The notes below the pieces were generated by a model that was not told the DNA's origin, did not search any database, and worked only from the letters and a program-made list of their open reading frames with translations. Both the position numbers and the translations under genes were made by a program. This document shows positions 51,825 to 64,000 of a stretch of 64,000 nt of DNA, in pieces. The stretch is from assembly GCA_951406725.2 (NCBI GenBank), contig OX597823.1, positions 96,224,001 through 96,288,000 on the forward strand, in the 5' to 3' direction. This DNA comes from Octopus vulgaris (lineage: Eukaryota). The first letter of the stretch is position 1, and every line of letters starts with the position of its first letter.

Positions 51825-54800
51825 TGTTTCTTTATTAGCCACATAGGGCTGCACACAGACAGAACAAATTACAAGGTAGAGCTTTTCTTTTGGGGGTAAA
51901 AAAAAGGAGGGTTGGTTTTCGATCAAAAGGGATCGTAAAAGAAAAGAAAGAGGACAAAAAAGGGGAGGATTTAAAAAAAAGGTGGGGGGGAGAGGAAAAA
52001 AAGTTGATCAATAGGGATCGTAATCAAAGAAATGTCAATATGAAGTGTAAAGGGGAGGGCAGGTGAGGTTTACCCGTGGAAAGAAAAGCCTACGGAAAAG
52101 ACCACGTTAACCTCGGTCAATGAAGTCACATGTTATATTTCTTTTTTTTTTTTTTGCAAATAAGCAACTCTCTGTATTAATTTTTACGGTTCATAGAATC
52201 ATAGTCAAGGTGGCTTCGTCATTCATACGTGCCATCCTTGCTACATTCACCCATCCTTTTTTAAAACATTCACTAGACAAAACTTGCCTCTCTACTCTCA
52301 CTTTCCTCTTCAAGTGATACTTGAAGAAGTTGATGAGAGATTGACCAGAGAGGAAAGTGTTTGTCTCTAATCCTTTCAGGCGCGTCCACCAGATACATTC
52401 TTTCGCCATAGCCACAAGTATGATAAAAATAGCTCTTTCTTCCCGTTTGAAGAAAGGAGGCGTGACGATATTAACGATAGACTTGGCTAATAAACCGACA
52501 CGTCCCACACGTGACAGCAGTCGTTCGACATAAGCCCACAGGTCGGAAATTGCTGGACACTGCACGATTGCGTGCAGAGCGGTTTCGTCGCTCTGCCCGC
52601 ATCTCGGGCAGGTCGGCCCCGTGTTTCTCGAGCCATGCCTATAGAGCTTATCCCGAACGGGTAACACTTCTCGGTAGCACCGCCAGGCCAGGGATCTCTG
52701 GAAGTTGTCCATAGGTCCCGGGCCGAAAGTCGTTTGAAACAGGCGGGTCAGGTATTCCTCGTCGACGCCCAGGTTTGCCCCGAGATCGTCGTCGTACCTC
52801 CCCTCCGCTAATCCCCTATAGAATGCTTTGGTTGTGTTGAAGTCACTCAAGGTCGACCCGGGACGGCAGAGTTGCTTGAGAGCAACGCGACACTCGCGGT
52901 GCCATTCGCCCTTCCTCGGCCTCTTTTTGATCCACGACTGCAGTTCGGTCATGGAGACGAGTTGCGGGAATGCGTGCCTCACAAACGGCGACCACACCTG
53001 TTCACCGTCGTCTACATAGAGCCGGAGATGTCGCAGTCTCAGCGCGTGTCTGCGCATCATCAACTACGGCATGCCCAGCCCTCCTTTTAACGGGTGTTGA
53101 CAGCAAATGGATCGCCTGACCATCGGGACGCATCCTTTCCACAAGAAGCAAAAGAGAATGCGTTCTAGTTTGGTGATGGTAGGGTCGGGACAAGGTACGA
53201 CGGTCAGGCGGTAGTAGATGATGGACGCGATGTACGTGTTCGCCACCTCCGCCCGACCTTTTAGGGACAGTTTCTTCTCAGCCCATTGCTGGGCGAGAGT
53301 GACCACCCTACTCGTTATCTCGTTCCAGTTCTTCTTCATTTGGAGGTTCGGACCGAACCAGACCCCGAGCAACTCAACCGGGCCGTCTGTCCAGCGTCCC
53401 ACGACGGAGGTACTGGTGGACGGCATGGGCTTGCTTCTCCAGGTGCCGAGCCGCAAGCCCACTGACTTTTCCCGGTTGATTTTTGCTCCTGTCACCGCTT
53501 CGTAGTCTTTCAGTGTCTCGCCGACCCGCTCGATGTGTTCGTGGCTTGACACTATGACGGTGACGTCGTCCGCGTATGCAGACACGCTCGTCCCGCATCC
53601 CAATTCTCGCGGGATGCCCCTCAGAGTCGCCAGCTTCCGCAGTAGTGGCTCAAGAGTCAATACGTATAGAAGCGCCGAGAGGGGGCATCCCTGACGGACC
53701 GAACGTGCAATGTCGAAAGGTCTCGATAGATGTCCATTTACGCGAATTACCGAACGGATGCCTCTGTACAAGGCAGCTATCCAGCCGCGGAAGACGGGAC
53801 CGAAACCAGCCGCTCTCAGGATTGCTTCCAAGTATCGATGGTCTACCCTATCGAAGGCTTTTGATTGATCCAAGTTGATCAGGGCCCCACCCATGCCAGC
53901 TTCGTTAACTACCCTGTCTATGATGTAGCGCATCAGATGGAGGTTGTCATGGATGCTCCGGCTCGGCACGGCGCACGTTTGTGCGTTGTCGACCAGTTTC
54001 TCGATGACAAGCGCCAACCTCTTGGCTAACACCTTTGTCAACATTTTCAGGTCTGCATTGAGCAGAGTGATTGGTCTAAAGTTATCTATAATGTTCCCCT
54101 TGTTTGGATCTTTCTTCAGCAGTGTTACAGCTCCTCGGCTCACAAAACCGGGTATGCTCCCGATTTGCTGCCAGTTGCAGTATACCGCTGCCAAGACGTC
54201 TCCAAACAAGTCTGGCATACAATTGTAAACTCGTAGGGCAGACCATCCAAACCCGGCGATTTGTCTCTCGAGCATTCTGCCATCGCGTCCCGCACATCCG
54301 CCGCCGTGATGGCACCTTCGCAGCACTCTGCCTCTCTTGCCGAGAGTCGTGGTAGGCTGTGCAGGTAGGCACTGAAGTCCACCCTGCGTTCACGCTCACC
54401 ACTCGTCCCATACAGTCGGGCAAAGTGCCGCTGAAATGTCTCGCACATCTTGCTGGGCTCGAGCAATTCGCGCCCTTGTTCATCTACCAGAGACCGAATG
54501 GTGGCTTTGTTGCCCTGCTGCGCCTCCGCCACCCGGGCCTCCCTCGCGGCTCCAACACCTTCCATCCTTAGAGCACGCATCCTAGCCCTGACAGCACACC
54601 CTCCGTGTTTGGCGTTGAACTGTTGGTCAAGGGCCAACCTTGCTGCCAAAACGTCGGGTGTGGTGCCGCTTCTTATTGCCTCTTCTAACTTCTTAACTAA
54701 CTCACCCTCTACTCTATTTCTATCTACGGCTAGTGTCTAGCTATATCTTATTGCTTCCGCTTTTACTGCTCTTTTGAAGGCGAACCAGTATTTGTTGTTG

Positions 54801-57650
54801 ACAATGGCTCCCGTTAAAGCCCTTTTTACTAACGTGTTGATTCTGTCTCTGAAAACTTGTCGGGACGGGAATGATGCGTTCATTTTCCAGTAACCAGGAC
54901 CCTGTCTATGTTCCTTATCTAAGTCTAGCGTACACGTCACGAATTTGTGATCCGTGTAGCTGACTGTGTGGAATTGTGGACATCCTAAGTTATCCTTGTC
55001 TACTGTCCTACACAGTATCCTATCTAGATACGATCTCGACGACCCACTGCGGTTGCTCCATGTCCACGTTGGTGCATTTGGGTGGTCGAGTCGGTACCTG
55101 TCATACAGTTGGAATCGTCTGAGCAGGTCTCTGAGGCATTTGCATCCCCTTCTGTTTTTGTCTCTCCCCACATAGTCTAGATGCGTGTCCAAGGTAGCAT
55201 TCCAATCCCCCACTAAAAGTAAAGGACGAGACGTTCCCAGGAGTACTTCTAGACGTCGAAAGAAATCCGGCCAACCTGTTAAAGGCGGTGCGTAGACTGA
55301 TACGAGTCGAAAAGCGCACCCATTGCTGCCGTCGACATCCAGAACGACCAGTCTACCCTCCGGGTCTACGAATATCGTCTTGACTTCGAGATCCAGGCTC
55401 TTGTGAAAAAGTACCGCGGTGCCACTACCGCCCATCCTCGGCAGACAGGGTGCAAAATAAATGTTAAACTGTCCGCCAAACATGGACTTTAGGGCCCGTG
55501 GCTCGTGGAGTCTGGTCTCACTTATGGTTATGATTCCGAAATCGTGTGACTTGATGTCATTTAGGAGGTATCCTTGTTTCCAAGGAGACCCCAAGCCACG
55601 CGCATTCACACAACCAATCTTGACCATGATTCTATTGGGGTGTGTGCTTTAAAACACAAAAAGGAAAGTACAGAGAGTTACTTACTTGTGTCGAAAGTTT
55701 TGGCTTCCTCGTTCTTTGATGTGTCTTGGAGGAGGTTTTTATAGAGTTTTTGAAAGAGATATTTTTGGAAACCCCCAACAGCATTTGGAAAGAGGGCTTT
55801 GAGTTTGTGGTGTTGTGTTTGTGTGATGTGTAGTATTTGGATGTGTTTGGGTGGTGTAATGCGTGGATGATTGTTAGTTTTGAAGTCATCTTCACAGATG
55901 TTTGTGTGGGCTGTGATGTACTCCATTAGTTTGGAGTCTTTGGTGTCTATCGCTGATAGCATTGTGTGTGTTTTTGTGGTGTTGGTGCTTGTTTGGTTGT
56001 GTATGGAGTTTTCAGGGTTCCGGTATCTCCCTGCTTTGGTTGCGTTTTCTTGTTTGGTCTTTTTTGATCTTTTTCTTTTACCCCCGGTGGCTATTTGCCA
56101 TTCTGTCGAACTTTCATCGTTAGATGAAAAGTAAGGGTAAGGGTAAAGCTTCTGGGTCTATTTGTGCGGTTGTAGATATTGTTGTGGTGCGCGGGGAGGG
56201 TGTTGCTGGGGGGTTTGGTGTGGTGATTGTCTCTCCTACATCCTTGGTGCTTGTCTTCTTCGTTGTTATTCTCGGTGTTGGAATTGGTTTAGTTGTTGTT
56301 GGTGGTGATGATTCTGTTCTTGGCGCTGGTGGTGGTGTTGTTTGGTTGGGTTGGCCTGTTCTTTGTTGCTTTTCATGCATTTATGCATACAGCTTCCTGA
56401 TTAGCCGTCCATAATGGGCAATAATGCTGGCTTTTGTGGTTTTTCCTGTCGCTGTTGTTGTTGTTGTGATTTAGCGGCAGATTTGCACTCCTTTTTGAGG
56501 TGTGCCTCACTGTCACATGTATAGCAGCGTGGCCTTCTGCCCTCGACTACTACGTACAACTTGCGGCCATCCGCAAGATGTACGTGGGTGGGAATTTTGT
56601 TAATGTCGTCTTGGCTTATGTGGAAGAGAAACTCCATTCTCTTTCCCAGCCAGTCCTTGTGTTTCGAAACAGCGATATCCAGGATGTTTAAGTCCTCCAT
56701 TTCGGATGTTATGGCGGATGTTATCCATAGTGTGGTTGTTACTTGGGGGACATTATTGATAATGACCTTCGTCACCTTCTGGCCAAGGTAACTGGGTGTT
56801 ATCGTTAGTTCATCGGAATGAAGGGTTAGCGTTGAGAATTGCTTTGCCAACTCTTCATTCTGAAAAACCACCTGTACGTGGGCGAACAAGTTCGCCCAAG
56901 TCACATAATCCTTGTATCCCCAGGCGCTTTTCTATTTTGTCCGTGCTTGCCTTTTCTGGACTTTTAGTTGTTTTGTTTGTTATTTTATAAATAATCGTTT
57001 TCTTTTTTTCCTCATTCAGTATGTGTTGTGGTATGCGTAAGTGTATTTTGCCGTTTTCTTTGGTGATTAGGGCTCTGGAGTCTTTTATCTGCTGTGCAGT
57101 AAACGATACTCTTGTTACTTTTTCTTTTATCGCCTCGGCGAAGTTGTTGTTTTGTTATTGTTGTTACTGCCGGTGGTGTTGATGTTGATGGCAGGGGTGT
57201 GGGTTGTGGGTGTATTAGGTTTGTGGTTGCTGATTATGCAACTAGCAAGGGGTGGAAAATTGTCTGCGTAATTTGGTCCTGCATTAGCGCAAATTTCGGC
57301 ACTTCGTTTGATTGTCGTTGTTATTTTTTCCTCACCTTCACTTGTTGGTGATGGAGTGAGCAGTGGCTGAAGGGAATTGTTGTTGTTGTTGTTGTTGTTG
57401 TTGTTATTGTCGTTCTTGGTGACGGCGGTGGTATTAGTAGCAAGGGAGGCATTGACGGCACGGTCTTTGGTGGCGGTGATGGTGATGTTGGTATTGTTAT
57501 TGGTAGCGGTGTCGCTAGCAGGGATAGCAGTTGTAGTAGCAGATGCTGCCATGGTGGTGGAATCATTGGTGGCGGTGACGGTGCTTGGCCTCGCGATCTT
57601 TGTTTTGTATTTGTTACTGTTGTCGATGCTGATGGTGGTGGTGGTGTAAG
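51825..57650 (-). mobile_element. Near full-length Tx1/L1-clade LINE with few disruptions
   Basis: ORF1 with CCHC (RCYTCDSEAHLKKEC, 56401-56904), APE 54737-55627, RT 53064-54649 (SVRQGCPLS, YADD), and zf-RVT CPRC..ETALHAIVQC 52191-53063. The 3' AATAAA end abuts (GATA)n. Confidence 0.92.
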
Positions 57651-57686
57651 TAGTGTTTACACCGTCAAAATATGCAGTGAATTTTC

Positions 57687-57737
<51 letters not shown>

Positions 57738-57795
57738 TGATGATGATGATGATAATACACACCGTTTTTAATCGCTTTTCCTTCTTCTTTTGCAG

Positions 57796-57961
57796 AGTTG
57801 GTGGTAAGACATCATCAACAGCAGCAAATTCTAACTTTTTCCGTCGTTCGTTGTCAATCACTGCTTGCTGTAAAGAGAGAATTATTTCAATTAAAACAAA
57901 GACTGTTCATATTAGGGTTTCTTTCAATAAAGAACACATCTATATTTCGTTTGTGGTTTAA
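57796..57961 (+). CDS. Candidate alternative terminal exon of the SLC22-like gene
   Basis: Strong acceptor cttttccttcttcttttgcag. In frame with the phase-2 donor GC|gtaggt at 48378/48379. Several AATAAA nearby (about 57927, 57974, 57997). Confidence 0.35.
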
Positions 57962-58527
57962 AATGAGACGATTAATAAAAACCTGACTTTATACCAAATA
58001 AAAATGAGAATTAAATTAAAAACAGAAAACTAAAGATATTTCTTCAACAGATCTCAAATGACACATGAAGAGGTAAAAAAACCCACATCAAGTTATTTCT
58101 TAAAACAGGGATTCAAGTAGGAGCACTAATCAACTGTTGAATGCTTCGTTAGTTTACAAAACTAGAAAACTGTTTTGTTCAAAGGTCACAACAAATGGTG
58201 ATGTTCAGGCTGAATATCAATCAACCAGATGAATCTCTCGTCAGTTTAGAAGGGATTGCAAAGGTTATGGGCCTGCCTCTTTTTATTTGACTAAATTGTA
58301 TTAAAATCAAGTAAGCTTTAGTGGAAAGTACTTTGGCAAACTCTTGGTAGCCTAATCGGTCTTGGATAATTCCGATATAGAGCTCCAAATTGATTGGTTG
58401 CATCAACATTACAAACAAGGCAACTAATTTGTTGGAGAGGAATTAACGTCACTAAATGACTGACACTGGTTTTATCAATCTTTGATGGACAGAAGGGAAG
58501 GTCAATAAGGTCAATCCAATGAGGTTT

Positions 58528-58565
<38 letters not shown>

Positions 58566-59408
58566 TTCACATCCGTTTTTCTCGCTGGCATTGGTTGGAC
58601 AGTTTGATAGGAGCTGCACCAGATTCCATTGTCCGTTTTGGCATGGTTTCTACATATGGGTGCCCTTTCTAACGCCAACAACTTTACACAATGTACTGTG
58701 TGCCTTTTATGTGGCACCAGTGCTTCTTACGTGGCACTGTGACATGAATCCTTTTTATGTGGCACCAAAAAGAGTTGTTAAATTAATACGGAGAAATTGC
58801 ACTGCCATGCTTAATACTTACTGAATAAGTAATATTCTACAAATGTTAAACAGTCAGACTCTAAGAGGAGAGAGAGGGAGAAGGAGAGAGAGAGAGAGGT
58901 AGAGAAAGACAGAGAGAGAAAAAGAGAGAGAGAGATAGGAAGAGAGAGTGGATTATCCACAACACAAAAACACTTTTAATAAATTAACACCAACAGTTTA
59001 TAATACTAACTTATGTAGTTTTGAAACCTGATAAAACGAAAATCATTCGGTTTCAAATTCCAAAAGAAAGAAATTACATATCTGTCATGTATTGGATCAA
59101 GATTCATATAATTTAAGGGCGGAGCCACCGGCAAATAAGATTGCATATCAGTGATAAAGTTCAATCAGGTAATTAGGAAAGTTATCAAGGGAGGTAACTG
59201 CGTTGAATCCTTTATCATAAGAAGCAAAGGGAGGTAAATAACATAGCTTTCCAAATTGAATTTAAATAAAAGTCACTTTACAACTGGTCAACTAGATCAA
59301 TAACACAAAATATATTGATTCCAATTACTTCTTTAATCAGTTATGACTTTTTTAAATATCCTTAGTCGATGCAAAAGAGAGGGTAATTTGGCCATTTCAA
59401 AAAAAGTT

Positions 59409-60782
<1,374 letters not shown>

Positions 60783-60804
60783 AATAATGATGATGATGAT
60801 GATG

Positions 60805-60874
<70 letters not shown>

Positions 60875-60883
60875 TAACAATAA

Positions 60884-61152
60884 CATGGGTGGTTCGTTCA
60901 ACCTCCTTAAACAACCCTTATTCAGGGACCTTTTGAGCTGGATGGGCTACTTGACCAGAAGAAAATTCTAACTGGGCCCCACCTGCAATGTCATGCGGTG
61001 TTTATCATGATATGAGATCACCATGTCGCACACATATGGTTGTGATGCATGGGCCTGGTGTACCCTGATCATACTGGTAGTCATGATGGGTATACTGGGC
61101 TTCGTATATTTTACCCCGGTGTCACTTTGATGGCATGCACTGCTCTTCACTC
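60884..61152 (+). mobile_element. Non-coding repeat inserted in (AAT)n
   Basis: Second copy at 42029-42330. Confidence 0.7.
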
Positions 61153-61173
61153 AATAATAATAATAATAACAGC

Positions 61174-61202
<29 letters not shown>

Positions 61203-61204
<2 letters not shown>

Positions 61205-61342
61205 TAGAAAAATACCTTAGGAATGAGAACCTAGGTTTGAAATTTCCCCAAGACATCTGATGAAGGCTGGACGGTATATCAGCCGAAACGTGTTAACAAC
61301 AAACAAGTTGAGGACAAATATCTGTCAAATGTAAATAATGTA
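61203..61342 (+). mobile_element. Short repeat with Penelope-type hammerhead-like motif
   Basis: CTGATGA-a-ggctg(10-nt loop)cagcc-GAAAC-gtgtta at 61257-61295. Confidence 0.45.
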
Positions 61343-61730
61343 ATTCTTTCTATCATAGGATTAAGTTCTGAAATTTGTTGGGCAGAGAGAAGTCGATTAG
61401 ATCAACCCCAGTATTTCAAGATATTTTTATATACTTTTGGTAAATAATATCTGTTTAAATGAGATGTCAGTGTTATTCTCATTTTTGCGTAAATTAGACG
61501 ACAATTCATTCACCGCACACTATATGTATATATCTGTATATATATGCGTATATATATATATATATATGTATTATGCTGCATTTATTTCTAAATGCTGTAT
61601 TTGTTTTCCGAGAGAGTTTGGCGCGCTGTTGGTTGGGGCATTTGAATTATAACGTCCGATGTAATCAATTGAACCGCACGCGTATTTATCGTTATGGTAA
61701 AATCTGGCGTGTGATTGAGTGGATTTCATC

Positions 61731-61824
61731 CAGATGGTCTTGGCTGAAGAGCTACAAATGGATTATTGTAAGTAATATTACATTTAATTCATTAATAGCG
61801 AAACAATTGTCCCAAAATAATCTG
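61731..61824 (+). ncRNA. Type I hammerhead ribozyme, copy 1 (cleavage after C61811)
   Basis: Stem I cagatggtcttgg/ccaaaataatctg, core CTGAAGA, stem II gcta..aatggatta..tgtaa/ttaca..taattcatt..tagc, GAAA, palindromic stem III A-CAATTG-T, GUC. Confidence 0.8.
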
Positions 61825-62264
61825 TATTTTTGTTATTTTTTATTTGCCCTGTCCGTGTGAGCTAACAGTCGTACTGGCTTTCATGGGAAGCATGTATTTT
61901 TCGTGGTTGAAACCTTTTGGATTAACTGGTGCTAGAGTGATCAATATAGTGACCACTCTCTTATATTTATTTTGTGAAAATATTATAATATGTTATAAAA
62001 TATTATAATAATCCAGGTTTCTCGTAGCACTAGGCCACTTGGTGTGGAATAAATATACTATTAAATTAGTATCTAATTCTCTCACCCTTATTAATTAATT
62101 ATAATTATGCTGCATTTATTTCTAAATGCTGTATTTGTTTTCCGTGAGAGTTTGGCGCGCTGTTGGTTGGGGCATTTGAATTATAACGTCCGATGTAATC
62201 AATTGAACCGCACGCGTATTTATCGTTATGGTAAAATCTGGCGTGTGATTGAGTGGATTTCATC

Positions 62265-62358
62265 CAGATGGTCTTGGCTGAAGAGCTACAAATGGATTAT
62301 TGTAAGTAATATTACATTTAATTCATTAATAGCGAAACAATTGTCCCAAAATAATCTG
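62265..62358 (+). ncRNA. Type I hammerhead ribozyme, copy 2 (cleavage after C62345)
   Basis: Identical to copy 1, 534 nt downstream. Confidence 0.8.
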
Positions 62359-62635
62359 TATTTTTGTTATTTTTTATTTGCCCTGTCCGTGTGAGCTAAC
62401 AGTCGTACTGGCTTTCATGGGAAGCATGTATTTTTCGTGGTTGAAACCTTTTGGATTAACTGGTGCTAGAGTGATCAATATAGTGACCACTCTCTTATAT
62501 TTATTTTGTGAAAATATTATAATATGTTATAAAATATTATAATAATCCAGGTTTCTCGTAGCACTAGGCCACTTGGTGTGGAATAAATATACTATTAAAT
62601 TAGTATCTAATTCTCTCACCCTTATTAATTAATTA

Positions 62636-62721
<86 letters not shown>

Positions 62722-62726
<5 letters not shown>

Positions 62727-63125
62727 GCTGTGTGGTAAGTAGCTTGCTAACCAACCACATGGTTCCGGGTTCAGTCCCACTGCGTGGCATCTTGGGCAAG
62801 TGTCTTCTGCTATAGCCCCGGGCCGACCAATGCCTTGTGAGTGGATTTGGTAGACGGAAACTGAAAGAAGCCTGTCGTATATATGTATATATATGTATGT
62901 GTATGTGTGTGTTTGTGTGTCTGTTTGTCCCCCTAGTATCGCTTGACAACCGATGCTGGTGTGTTTACGTCCCCGTCACTTAGCGGTTCGACAAAAAAGA
63001 CCGATAGAATAAGTACTGGGCTTACAAAGAATAAGTCCCGGGGTCGATTTGCTCGACTAAAGGCGGTGCTCCAGCATGGCCACAGTCAAATGACTGAAAC
63101 AAGTAAAAGAATAAAGAGTAAAGAG
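62722..63125 (+). mobile_element. CORE-type SINE, near full length
   Basis: tRNA-like head tgtggtaagtagc..ggttcagtccc, CORE-like segment, and family tail. Confidence 0.85.
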
Positions 63126-63157
<32 letters not shown>

Positions 63158-63196
63158 TTTAACCTAAGATATTTTTACCTAACAGATTCTATATTT

Positions 63197-63352
63197 GGAT
63201 CTTTTCCTTTTGATGGACGGAATTTTCTAGTTAACTTAACAATTTGAAACTTCGTATACTGGTAGAATGTGTGTAGTAGAATTCTACCAGTATACGAAGT
63301 TTCAAATTGTTTAGTTAACTAGAAAATTCCGTCCATCAAAAGGAAAAGATTC
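63197..63352. mobile_element. 156-bp MITE, same family as 46582-47767
   Basis: Almost entirely TIR; 8-bp TSD ctatattt at 63189-63196 and 63353-63360. Confidence 0.92.
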
Positions 63353-64000
63353 CTATATTTTAATCCATTAATAACAACCCACTATCTATGAAATCTGAAT
63401 AATTTACTCTTCTAAATTACCTCTCTTCATATTATTAAATCACCTTCTACTAAACCTACGAATACCTTTCTTCTTTGATTTCTCCTTTTCCATTATTCCT
63501 AGTATATATTTTGACCCCTAATATATTCACTTGATTAATAAGACTTTTTTTCCCCAGTTAATAAGTATTATGCCTACTCATAATAAGTGATAGTCTTTTC
63601 TCTAAATTGAATAAATTTTAGATCTATATTCTTAAAATTTAAATCCACATATTTGTCTATATATCTACCTTCTCTATAATGTTACCACTTGATATGAACA
63701 TTATGTATTAATGGAAAACCTCTATTAATGGCTGGTGAGTGCTCAGCATTTTAAAACTGTTGGTATCCGTAATAGGATTTCTTGCACGCTAGAAAGAACA
63801 GCTAAAATCCAAACCACTATTAGGGATAAACTTCAAAGGGGATGAAAAATAAAAAAAAATTATCATCTATCTCCTGGACCATGTTGCAGAATTTTTTTTA
63901 GCAAATTAAATAGCAAATTAGCGAAGTCTTCATCAGCAGATACGGTGGATTTGAAAAATTATAATGCATAAGCACGGGGGACATGCTGGATTGCCTGGAT

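Larger units (their letters stand above)
61570..62637 (+). repeat. 534-bp direct tandem dimer (retrozyme-like / PLE pLTR tandem)
   Basis: Two copies with one visible substitution (ccgagagag/ccgtgagag), flanked by (TA)n. Each contains a hammerhead. Confidence 0.92.

Noticed and set aside
61573-62394. Two identical 95-aa ORFs
   Set aside because: A by-product of the 534-bp tandem duplication, with no recognisable domain. The RNA structure explains the sequence better

Overview
This is AT-rich, microsatellite-dense eukaryotic DNA. The SINE families and repeat content suggest a coleoid cephalopod such as Octopus, which is my inference. One host gene is visible: a plus-strand SLC22/organic-cation-transporter-like MFS gene with 8 recognisable coding exons (22880-48382), canonical splice sites and consistent phases. 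Its first coding exon was not found, and a possible extra terminal exon lies at about 57.8 kb. Most of the remainder is transposon-derived: a complete Gypsy LTR element whose single open ORF encodes Gag-protease-integrase but no RT/RNase H; decayed RTE, CR1-group, Tx1/L1, R4/Dong-type and Penelope retroelements; Mariner, Tc1, MULE and Helitron remnants; MITEs; and many tRNA-derived SINEs. The most interesting signal is a set of type I hammerhead ribozyme motifs with palindromic stem III. The best example is a near-perfect 534-bp tandem dimer (61570-62637) with one intact hammerhead per monomer, which is a retrozyme-like architecture predicted to release a 534-nt circularisable RNA. Several long fold-back palindromes also occur, some containing minimal hammerhead-like cores. 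Most short ORFs in the supplied track are microsatellite artefacts. Everything was read by eye with no database searches, so boundaries of decayed elements are approximate.
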